A stretch of DNA of 63,865 nt, counting the filler, from Limisphaerales bacterium (GTDB taxonomy: Bacteria > Verrucomicrobiota > Verrucomicrobiia > Limisphaerales > SIBE01), in NCBI GenBank assembly GCA_044225505.1. It is 3 parts of 3 records of this genome, joined end to end, with 100 filler letters (N's around TTAATTAATTAA, not from the genome) between each part and the next. Parts side by side here need not be neighbours in the genome. Positions count along the whole stretch, not along the records: positions 1 to 26,581 come from JBGAIN010000120.1; positions 26,682 to 52,433 come from JBGAIN010000121.1; 1 more part is not named here. One strand, given 5' to 3'. A model generated the notes under the pieces. That model saw only the letters and a list, made by a program, of their open reading frames with translations, was not told the DNA's origin and did not search any database. Both the position numbers and the translations under genes were made by a program. Below are positions 19,812-28,317 of this stretch, in pieces. Numbering within the stretch: the stretch's first letter is position 1; every line of letters begins with the position of its first letter.

Positions 19812-19864
19812 CGTGCGGTTAGCGTGCGGTTAGCGTGCGGTTAGCGTGCGGTTAGCGTGCGGTT
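19812..19864. repeat. 11-bp tandem repeat (CGTGCGGTTAG) x4 plus a 9-nt partial copy
   Basis: Read directly; units start at 19812, 19823, 19834, 19845, 19856. Confidence 0.95.
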
Positions 19865-19913
19865 GTGGCGAGAGTTGGGTTTAGCACCGGCGCCATGACG
19901 GAGGGTGCTTCCC

Positions 19914-19933
19914 CTATTCACAACTTATTCACA
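19914..19933 (+). promoter_or_regulatory. Tandem DnaA-box-like pair
   Basis: CTATTCACA (19914-19922) and TTATTCACA (19925-19933; fits TTWTNCACA), 11 bp apart. Confidence 0.5.
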
Positions 19934-20223
19934 CTGAACGTTCTCTGCGAGGAACGGCAGCGCTCGGCGCGAACAAGACGCTGGGGTATTAGCCCCCCCA
20001 GGTCCTATAAGTTATTAATGGTTAGTGTTTTAAACGGACACCGGAGGGCATTGGGATCAGAGGATTGCGCATATTCACCCGATTTCCGGACCGCCGAAGC
20101 TATCGGGATTCGTGCCCAGCAACGGTCAGCTTGAAGAACGGTTGGGTCCCAAGGCAAACCGGCTCTGAACGCTGGAAACCTGCGACGGCCAGTCGGGAAA
20201 CTCGAGATTAAAGAAAAAGCCTT

Positions 20224-20252
20224 TTGCTTCTGCGGCAGTAGACCGCTATGTT
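20224..20252 (+). promoter_or_regulatory. Sigma70-type promoter of lepA
   Basis: TTGCTT-N17-TATGTT ending 14 nt before the lepA ATG. Confidence 0.5.
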
Positions 20253-20266
20253 CTCCGACTTGGTTC

Positions 20267-22057
20267 ATGGACGCAGCGCACATACGTAATTTCAGTATCA
20301 TTGCACATATCGATCACGGGAAGACGACGCTTTCCGATCGATTGTTGCATCGTACGGGCACGATCTCGACTCGGGAAATGGAGGATCAGCTGCTCGATTC
20401 CATGGATTTGGAACGGGAGCGTGGAATTACGATCAAGGCGCACCCGGTCACGATGCTATATCAAGCCAAGAACGGGGAGACGTATGAGCTGAACCTCATT
20501 GATACGCCTGGACACGTCGATTTTTCGTATGAGGTTTCGCGAAGCTTGAGCGCGTGCGAAGGCGCTCTCTTGATTATCGATGCGGCCCAAGGGGTTGAAG
20601 CTCAAACCGTCGCCAACGTCCACCTGGCGATGAAGCAGAATCTTGAGATCATTCCCGTGATCAACAAGATCGATTTGCCGCACGCGAATGTCGCCCTGAC
20701 CAAGACGCAATTGGAGGAAATCCTGGCGATTCCAGCGGACTCTGCCGTGCTGGCTAGCGCGAAAGAAGGGATTGGTATCGACGAAATCCTGGAAGCGATT
20801 GTCGCGCGGATTCCTGCTCCCAAACCCACGGGTGCCAAATCGCTCCAGGCCCTGGGCTTCGACTCTTACTTTGATACGTATAAAGGCGTGGTCACCCATG
20901 TCCGCGTCTTTAATGGGGAGTTGCGCGCTGGGATTCATGTCAAATTGCTCCACTCCGGGAAGAACGTTGAAGTTAAGGAAGTGGGAAGTTTTAATCCCAA
21001 ACCTTACGTTCGCGAGAAACTCGAGGTGGGCGAGACGGGCTATATCACCGCGAACATCAAAAGTCCTCTCGACGTGAAGATGGGGGATACGCTCACGGAT
21101 GCGCGAGTGCCTTCGCCACCTTTGCCTGGATTCCAAGAGATCCATCCCATGGTATTCAGCGGGATCTACCCGATCAATACGGCGGATTATGAGCATCTCA
21201 AAGCGAACCTGGCCAAACTCCAGCTTAACGATTCGGCTTTCGTGTTCGCGCCGGAAAGCTCCGTCGCCCTCGGATTTGGGTTTCGCTGCGGCTTTCTTGG
21301 TCTATTGCATCTGGAGATCGTGCAGGAGCGCTTGCGTCGGGAGTACGGGATGGACATTATCGCCACGTATCCCAGCGTCATTTATCGCGTGACGATGACC
21401 AGCGGTGAAATGAAAGAGATCGATAATCCGGCTTACTTGCCCGAGCCCAATTACATCTTGAAGATCGAAGAGCCGATGGTGAAATCATTCGTCATCTGCC
21501 CCAACGAGTACATTGGCGACATGATGGCCCTGACTTCCGAGAAGCGGGGGACGGTCGATCACACCGAGACACTGGATTCCCGCCGGGTGATGCTTACTGG
21601 CCGAGTGCCTCTCAACGAAATCCTGATTGATTTTCATGATCGGATTAAGAGTTTGACCCGCGGTTACGGGTCGATGGACTACGAGCATGACGGCTACACG
21701 GAGTCGGACATGGTCAAGCTCGATATGTTGGTGAACGGCGAGGCGGTCGATGCGTTTTCGTGCATTGTGCACCGGGACAAAGCAGAATTCCGCGGCCGGG
21801 CGCTGGCGGCAAAATTGAAGGAAGTGATCCCACGCCAGCAGTACGCGGTGGCCATTCAAGCGGCTATCGGCGGCAAAGTGGTGGCGCGTGAAACGGTAGG
21901 ATCTCTGCGGAAAGACGTCACGGCAAAGTGCTACGGCGGCGATATCTCCCGTAAACGAAAACTCCTGGAGAAGCAAAAAGAAGGGAAAAAGCGCATGAAA
22001 GCGTTTGGCTCTGTCCAGATCCCTCAGGAAGCTTTTATCGAAGTGCTCAAAGCTTGA
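20267..22057 (+). CDS. lepA: Translation elongation factor 4 (LepA)
   Basis: [50 protein letters not shown]-terminal [31 protein letters not shown]. Confidence 0.99.
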   Translation: MDAAHIRNFSIIAHIDHGKTTLSDRLLHRTGTISTREMEDQLLDSMDLERERGITIKAHPVTMLYQAKNGETYELNLIDTPGHVDFSYEVSRSLSACEGALLIIDAAQGVEAQTVANVHLAMKQNLEIIPVINKIDLPHANVALTKTQLEEILAIPADSAVLASAKEGIGIDEILEAIVARIPAPKPTGAKSLQALGFDSYFDTYKGVVTHVRVFNGELRAGIHVKLLHSGKNVEVKEVGSFNPKPYVREKLEVGETGYITANIKSPLDVKMGDTLTDARVPSPPLPGFQEIHPMVFSGIYPINTADYEHLKANLAKLQLNDSAFVFAPESSVALGFGFRCGFLGLLHLEIVQERLRREYGMDIIATYPSVIYRVTMTSGEMKEIDNPAYLPEPNYILKIEEPMVKSFVICPNEYIGDMMALTSEKRGTVDHTETLDSRRVMLTGRVPLNEILIDFHDRIKSLTRGYGSMDYEHDGYTESDMVKLDMLVNGEAVDAFSCIVHRDKAEFRGRALAAKLKEVIPRQQYAVAIQAAIGGKVVARETVGSLRKDVTAKCYGGDISRKRKLLEKQKEGKKRMKAFGSVQIPQEAFIEVLKA

Positions 22058-22147
22058 ACGGATGACCGACCCGTTTTCCATCCCCGCGCGCGTCACCACC
22101 GCAATTCCAAACCGGCCTGCTCGGGAGCCACTTCAGAGCGCCCTTTT

Positions 22148-23320
22148 ATGACGCTTCGCTGGCTCTTTTCCCGCACGGTGCGCCAGGCGAACGACCTTTG
22201 CCATCGGGTCGAAAAGATCCTCAACTCCCAACGCGATATTCTGCAGCCTCAGGCCATCGCGGCCGTGCAGACCTCCATTCAGGAATTACGCGCGGCGACT
22301 GGGACGGCCGATGCGAGCACGCTGGAGAGTCGGGCGAGTCAGCTGGAGAAAATTGCCAACAAATGGCTCCAGCCATATCCGAATGCCAATATTCGCGAGA
22401 ATATCGACGTCATCCTGGTGGCGCTGGTAGTTGCGTTGGGAATTCGGACGTTCTTTCTGCAGCCGATGGCCATTCCGACCGGCTCGATGCAGCCGACCCT
22501 CTTTGGCATTACTCAACAGAATCTCAAGCAAGATCCTAAATCCCAGCTTCCTCCCCTGCTCAATCGCACCTTTGATGCCTTGGCTCGAGGCATCTGGTAC
22601 TACCAAATCACGGCCGACGAAGATGGCGCGTTTGAGCGAGTCGAGCCTCCCACGAGGACTTTTGGCTTCGTCAAGACACAGAACGTAATTGTGGGTGGCC
22701 GGCCTTACCCGATTTACTTTCCCCCAGACGAATTCGAGCGCCGGGCTGGATTGCTGCCCAATCAAAAGTTTCAGAAAGGCGAAGACATCGTAAAGCTGAA
22801 AGTGATCAGCGGAGACCGTCTCTTCGTGGACCGGTTCACGTATAACTTCCGCCGACCCGCGCGCGGGGATATTGTGATTTTTGCCTCGCATGGACTCCCT
22901 GATTTAACGCCGGATACGCATTATATCAAACGTCTGATCGGGCTCGGGGGGGAGAAGGTCCGAGTCCTGAATAACCGGCACATCGCGATCAATGGCCGGG
23001 AACTCGATGCGGCCACGCCGCACTTTGAAAATCTCTATAGCTTCACCGGGCCTCCGCAGGAGGATCATTACTCTGGCCACGTTAACACTTTCTCCGCCCA
23101 GCAATCCGGCCGACCCGAGCGGCCTGTCATCACACCGTTGTTCCCCGACGAACGCGCGGAGTTCAATGTTCCGCCGCATCATTATTTCGTTTGCGGCGAT
23201 AACACCATGAACAGCTACGACTCCAGATACTGGGGATCGTTCCCGGACGATCACGTCGTCGGCCGGTTCTCGTTCGTCTTTTGGCCGATCTCTTCCCGCT
23301 TTGGATGGGCGGTGCGATAA
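22148..23320 (+). CDS. lepB: Signal peptidase I
   Basis: TM helix, catalytic Ser box IPTGSMQPTL, GDRLFVDR, RGDIVIF, catalytic Lys YIKRLIG, GDNTMNSYDSRYWG; directly follows lepA. Confidence 0.95.
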   Translation: MTLRWLFSRTVRQANDLCHRVEKILNSQRDILQPQAIAAVQTSIQELRAATGTADASTLESRASQLEKIANKWLQPYPNANIRENIDVILVALVVALGIRTFFLQPMAIPTGSMQPTLFGITQQNLKQDPKSQLPPLLNRTFDALARGIWYYQITADEDGAFERVEPPTRTFGFVKTQNVIVGGRPYPIYFPPDEFERRAGLLPNQKFQKGEDIVKLKVISGDRLFVDRFTYNFRRPARGDIVIFASHGLPDLTPDTHYIKRLIGLGGEKVRVLNNRHIAINGRELDAATPHFENLYSFTGPPQEDHYSGHVNTFSAQQSGRPERPVITPLFPDERAEFNVPPHHYFVCGDNTMNSYDSRYWGSFPDDHVVGRFSFVFWPISSRFGWAVR

Positions 23321-24497
23321 TGAGTCAAACTCTTGACAAACAGCACGGGGCTGGGCCTGGTGGCTCACCAAGGACTTTTCTGCTGCGGACTGATCTCCAC
23401 GCCAGGTCCAACGCCTGGTGAATGAATGAACGGGACCAACTGGCTCCATGCGCTGCGGCGCCATCCGCGACGCCGATCGGCAGGTTGCGAAGACTCTGGA
23501 CGGCGATGCCAGCGCGGTGAGTCAGGCGGCAGCTCACCTGGAAGGTCGCTAACGAACGGTTGCTCCCCTACCTCCTGCATCTGCGCCTTGCGAGAGAATA
23601 TCAGCAACGGCTGTGGCGGTCACGGTCATCTTTGGATTCACCACCTTCTTTCTCCAGCTCACGAAGATTCCGACGAATTCGCTCGTTCCGACTCTCTACG
23701 GGATTACCTCGCAAGACCTGAGGAACGATCCGAATTTCAAAATGCCCAGTCGACTCAGTCGATTCGTGCAGTACTGGGTGCATGGCGTGTCGTATTTCCT
23801 GGCACGGCGGAAACCGATGGTCAATTGAAGAACTGCGACCGCCGCAGCTCTTCGTTCTTTCCCTTCGTAAAGAAGCAACTCCAATATTGAGGCGCTGCAT
23901 ATCGATCTGGTTCTACCGGAGAGACTGGAAGATCGCGTCCGCTTCGACAAAGCCTACCGCGCTGGCGAGGACATCATTCGTCTGCGAGTGGTCGCGGGCG
24001 ATCACTTGCTCGTCGATCGCCTGAGCTACAACTTCCGCCGTCCGCAGCGGGGCGAGATCTTCGTTTTCAAAACCAAGGGGATTGGCGGCCTTCCCGAGGG
24101 GCAACTCTATATCAAGCGACTTGTGGCCTTGGGTGTCGAACGGGTGCGCATTGGGAATGATCAGCACCTGATCATCGATGGCAAGCGGCTCGATGCTACC
24201 ACCCCGCACTTCGAGAATGTTTATACCTTTCCCTCGACTCCACAAGAGAACCATTACTTCGGGCACGTCAATGGAGTGGTGGCAGATCGGTTTGGTCGGT
24301 GGGGCCTCGCCCCGCTCTTCAAAGACGAGACCTGCGAACACCAGGTGGCAGCCCACCATTACTTGGCGATGGGTGATAACACCATGAACAGCTCGGATTC
24401 GAGAACCTGGGGTGATGTTCCCCAAGAAAACGTGATTGGGAAATGCTGGTTTGTATATTGGCCCATCACCGAGCGATTTGGTTGGGGGACGCGCTAG
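23320..24497 (+). pseudogene. Second, tandem signal peptidase I paralogue, multiply frameshifted in its 5' half (pseudogene or sequencing errors)
   Basis: ATG overlaps the lepB stop (TAATG). Fragments in changing frames align colinearly with lepB: VQRLVNE, ERDQLAP, VANERLLPY, LRENI, TFFLQLTKIPTNSLVPTLYGIT, AETDGQL, FVKKQ. From ~23915 one clean frame: GEDIIRLRVVAGDHLLVDR...YIKRLV...GDNTMNSSDSRTWG. Confidence 0.85.
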
Positions 24498-24749
24498 AGG
24501 CGTTTCCGAGGTCGCTCCGGGTTGGGTCTTGAGCGTCTCCTTCCCCTCCAGATACAGGCTTCCTTCTGCTCCGCTGCCGCTACGAGGCTCCTCGCTAATC
24601 ACACGGAGTCTGCCACTTAGCTGAGATCCCAGTTTGATAGCTCTCGCACAAGCGGCTTGACCCCTAGCCGACTCCAAATTCAGCGGTTTGGGCATTCAAC
24701 AGAGCGCCTGACCCGGCAAAAAGTTCGCACTTCTGCGCCACGAAATGGC

Positions 24750-24765
24750 AGGCATCCCGCTTGCT
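24750..24765 (+). promoter_or_regulatory. Candidate sigma54 (-24/-12) promoter
   Basis: AGGCATCCCGCTTGCT has GG-N10-GC spacing and resembles TGGCAC-N5-TTGCW; ~200 nt upstream of the large secreted protein gene. Confidence 0.5.
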
Positions 24766-24968
24766 ATGTAAGACGACAATGGCCGTCCAAGTTCCGCTCT
24801 TGACAGGAGTTCCTGCTGCCGTACCGGCGTTGTGCCGGACTCACGGTTGGGGCAGAAACGCCTTGCTGGAGCCAGTTTACCGTCGGTTCAAGTGCCTGCT
24901 GCTGGAGAACTTTTTTCTTGCATGGGGACTGGAAAATCCGTAATTCTAGGGCCAGATGCACAAAAAAT

Positions 24969-26581
24969 ATGTCCCAGCTCCGAGAGATACATATGAATAG
25001 TTACCCCCAAAAATCCGTCGTCGCCCGACCTAAAAACGTTTCCCAGGGTGGTGGTAGTGTGCACCACCTGCTGGGGCTCATGCTCCTGATAATTTGTGCA
25101 GTAGGAATGTCCCTAAAGGCTACTGCCGCCAATTTTACCGCGAATAACGAAGGCAAAGACTTCGCGCTGATTGGCGAAAGCTGCCTTCCTGCCAACGGTT
25201 ACTTTGATCCCGGCGAAACCAACACGGTCGTCTTCGGCATCAAGAACACCAGCGGCGCCGAGCAGAAAAACGTCAAAGTCACCATCCTCGAACAGACGGG
25301 TGTCACGTTCGCCAGTGGTGAAGTGACTGTTGGAACAGTCGCTAAAGACGCCGTGTTCACCGTGACTTTTACGTTTCGGTCCAGCGGAGCTTGTGGAAGT
25401 TCCCTGACCCCGACGTTGCATGTCACGTCTGACGCTGGCGCGCAGGATATCACCTTCATCTCCTTCCAATTGGGGGCGACAGTCAAAACACCGTATCCGG
25501 GCAGCAACGGCGCCGCGATCACGGTGAATGACTTCAATACGGATAGCGCCAAACTCGGTCGCGCCACGCCGTATCCGTCCACCATCAACATCTCGGGCGT
25601 GCCGAAAGCTGACACCGGTGAAACCGTGGACCGTGTCTCTGTCACCCTGAACAACGTGACCCACACCTGGAGCCAAGATCTCCAAGTGCTGTTGGTCGGG
25701 CCGAATGGTAAGTCTGTTGTTCTGATGGCAAACGCCGGTGGCGCCTCGGACATCACTGCCGCCATCAACAACGTGACATTGACCTTCGACGACACCGCTG
25801 CCAATCAATTGCCTCCAGCGGGGCAAATCGTCTCGGGCACGTTCAAGTCCTCCAATTTCGGTGCTGGCTCCTTCCCGGATGTCGGCGGCGCCAATTCTGG
25901 ATCGCTGGCTGCGTTCAACGGTATGGCCGATCCGAACGGCGCGTGGAAGCTGTACGTCATTGACGATTCAACTCTCAATCAAGGTGCAGTCGCGGGTGGT
26001 TGGTCGCTGAGCATTCAGACAACCAAAGTGGTTTGCTGCGGAGCTGGTCAACTCTTCCCGTTTGTCAGCCGTATCGGCGAAGCAACTGTCGCAGAAGATC
26101 TTAACGGTGGCGAGAATGTCCAAATCGCTGCTCCCACCGTGAGTGACCTCGATGACTCCGATGCCAGCAAGCTCTCGGTTACTGCGATCTCCTTGGATCA
26201 AAGCAAAGTGACTGACGCAAACCTCATCGTCGAAGGTTCCGGCAACAACCGCACTGTTAAAGTCAAAAAGCTTGTCGCCAACGCTTTCGGCAACGTTCAA
26301 ATCAACGTCCTTGTCACCGATCCTCAAGGGCATACCAGCGTTTCTTCCTTCAACCTGAAGATCAATGCGATCAATGATCCTCCGACGATCTCCAAAGTCC
26401 TGGGCCAGAAACTGACTCAAGGCAGTTCAACAGGGCCCCTAAGTTTCACTCTAGGTGATGTTGAAACGCTGCCGGAGAACATCCTGGTATTGGCCACCTC
26501 TAGCAACGCGGACGCAGTTCCTCCTGAAAACATCATCATCTCGGGTTCTGGAGCAAATCGCACCGTCAACGTGCTTCCAAG
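24969..26581 (+). CDS. Large secreted protein (4-Cys Ig-like module with nested proprotein-convertase P-domain, cadherin-like repeats); truncated by contig end
   Basis: Signal peptide (LLGLMLLIICAVGMSLKATA); ESCLPANGYFDPGET module; P-domain (PYPSTINISG, VTHTWSQDLQVLLVGPNG, NGAWKLYVIDD...GWSL); Ig repeats (NDPPTIS...GSGANRTV). Start 24969 or 24993. Confidence 0.85.
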
Positions 26582-26681
26582 NNNNNNNNNNNNNNNNNNN
26601 NNNNNNNNNNNNNNNNNNNNNNNNNTTAATTAATTAANNNNNNNNNNNNNNNNNNNNNNNNNNNNNNNNNNNNNNNNNNNN
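26582..26681. other. Artificial contig linker
   Basis: N-run, TTAATTAATTAA (26626-26637; stops in all six frames), N-run. Confidence 0.97.
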
Positions 26682-26682
26682 T

Positions 26683-28317
26683 GGGACTTTCCAGGTCGCA
26701 GAATTATCTGGCGGCCCTTCAGCCAATAGGCTCGATGCTTCCGCCTTCTCCGGAACTGTGACTTTGTACGGCGCTGAGGGCAACGATACCCTCCTCGGAA
26801 CGAACGGAGATGATGTCCTCGTGGGCGGTTCCGGCGACGATACGATGCAAGGTGGACTAGGGAGCGATCGCTACGAGTTTGACACAGACACTCTGATTTA
26901 TGACTCGAGCTTACCCGTCAGCGTGGGAGATATCGTCGATGATTCGGGTGGAATCGACACTCTCGATTTTTCCACGACTACCAATTTGGGAATCACCATC
27001 AACCTGGCCTTGATCGGAAAGCAGACGGTGAATTCGAACTTGCTCGTGACGCTCCGAGACAACAATGGGAATGGCCGGGCGGACGAAGTCGAGAACATCA
27101 GCGGATCGCAACAAGATGACAGTTTGATCGGAAATGCGGTAAGCAACGTCATTGACGGCCAAGAGGGCAATGACAATGTCACCGGCGGCGCAGGTTCCGA
27201 TGTCCTGTCGGGTGGGTCTGGTGCCGATGGTCGAGGTGTCGCGTATTCCGATCGACTGACCGAACTTCTGGACGCGGCTAGCATTACGCTCTCCGATTTG
27301 GCGCTGGCTCCGGAGGGTGATGTTCTGAGCGGATTCGAGACGGCGACCTTGACTGGAGGTGCTGGAGCCAATCGCATTGATGCATCGGCGTTCTCGGGAA
27401 CGGTAACCCTCCGCGGCGGCGGCGGTGGCGACACCCTGATTGGTAGCGCTGGGAACGACACGCTCGTTGGCGACGCTGGCAACGACCTCCTCCAAGGTCG
27501 AGGGGGGGATGACACCTACGCTTTCGACACCGACTCGGCTCTCGGCGCAGACCGCATTGAAGAAGAGACCGGTGGGGGCACCGACACTCTCGATTTTTCC
27601 GAGACTACGGCTTTCGCGGTGGTCGTGAATCTTGAAACAGCCTTGGGAACGGCCCAAACCGTTAACGGTAATCTGACGTTGACCTTTGTAGATTTAGATG
27701 GCGATGGCGAAGGAAGTGCCTTGGAACGGGCTGTCGGCGGTGCACTGAACGATCAATTAACGGGGAACGCATTGGCGAACACGTTAGACGGCGGAACGGG
27801 AAATGACACTCTCACCGGTGGAGAAGGCAACGATCTCCTCGTTGGAGGCCGTGGCGACGATACCTACGTGTTCGTGGTGACTGCGCTCGCCAACCTGGGA
27901 ACCGACACGCTTCTGGAAGATGTTGGGACTGGCGGCGTCGATACGCTCGACTTCGCAGGTTCGGTTTTAGGTATCGACATCGATCTCGGAGAAGGAGCTT
28001 CTCAGTCGATCGTGACTGGAAAGCTCAGCCTGGAATTGCTGCGGTGTGCCGCGTTCGAAACGCTCCTGGGCACGAGCCAAGCCGACTCCATCACGGCCAA
28101 TAGCGTTAGCACTCGGCTAGACGGACGCGGCGGAGATGACACGTTCAATATAAAGCTCCCGTTGCTCCAAACCGCCACAGCCCTCGGCGGCGGCGGGAGT
28201 GACCTTTTGAATTTCCTATCGAATGGAGCACTGGCCACGGACCTCAGCGGCACGATCCGTGCCCTTGGATATCCACCTTTAAGTTACAGCGGCTTTGAAA
28301 CCGTGAAGATCACATGA
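26683..28317 (+). CDS. Haemolysin-type Ca2+-binding (RTX nonapeptide) repeat protein, C-terminal part
   Basis: Frame open from the contig edge; many GGxGxDxLx repeats (GGSGDDTMQ, GGAGSDVLS, GGTGNDTLT, GGRGDDTYV) and repeated GGxDTLDFS blocks. Confidence 0.9.
   Translation, partial: GTFQVAELSGGPSANRLDASAFSGTVTLYGAEGNDTLLGTNGDDVLVGGSGDDTMQGGLGSDRYEFDTDTLIYDSSLPVSVGDIVDDSGGIDTLDFSTTTNLGITINLALIGKQTVNSNLLVTLRDNNGNGRADEVENISGSQQDDSLIGNAVSNVIDGQEGNDNVTGGAGSDVLSGGSGADGRGVAYSDRLTELLDAASITLSDLALAPEGDVLSGFETATLTGGAGANRIDASAFSGTVTLRGGGGGDTLIGSAGNDTLVGDAGNDLLQGRGGDDTYAFDTDSALGADRIEEETGGGTDTLDFSETTAFAVVVNLETALGTAQTVNGNLTLTFVDLDGDGEGSALERAVGGALNDQLTGNALANTLDGGTGNDTLTGGEGNDLLVGGRGDDTYVFVVTALANLGTDTLLEDVGTGGVDTLDFAGSVLGIDIDLGEGASQSIVTGKLSLELLRCAAFETLLGTSQADSITANSVSTRLDGRGGDDTFNIKLPLLQTATALGGGGSDLLNFLSNGALATDLSGTIRALGYPPLSYSGFETVKIT

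Noticed and set aside
19812..19864. Tandem repeats as a CRISPR array (also 39255-39320)
   Set aside because: Units are 11 bp and contiguous, with no unique spacers and no cas genes.
23320..23920. Programmed frameshifting or phase variation in the second lepB
   Set aside because: Too many frame changes and no slippery heptamer or long homopolymer; error or decay is more parsimonious.
26582..26681. TTAATTAATTAA palindrome within N-runs (also 52434-52533)
   Set aside because: Identical synthetic six-frame-stop linker used to concatenate contigs. It is not biological, and adjacency across it is unproven.
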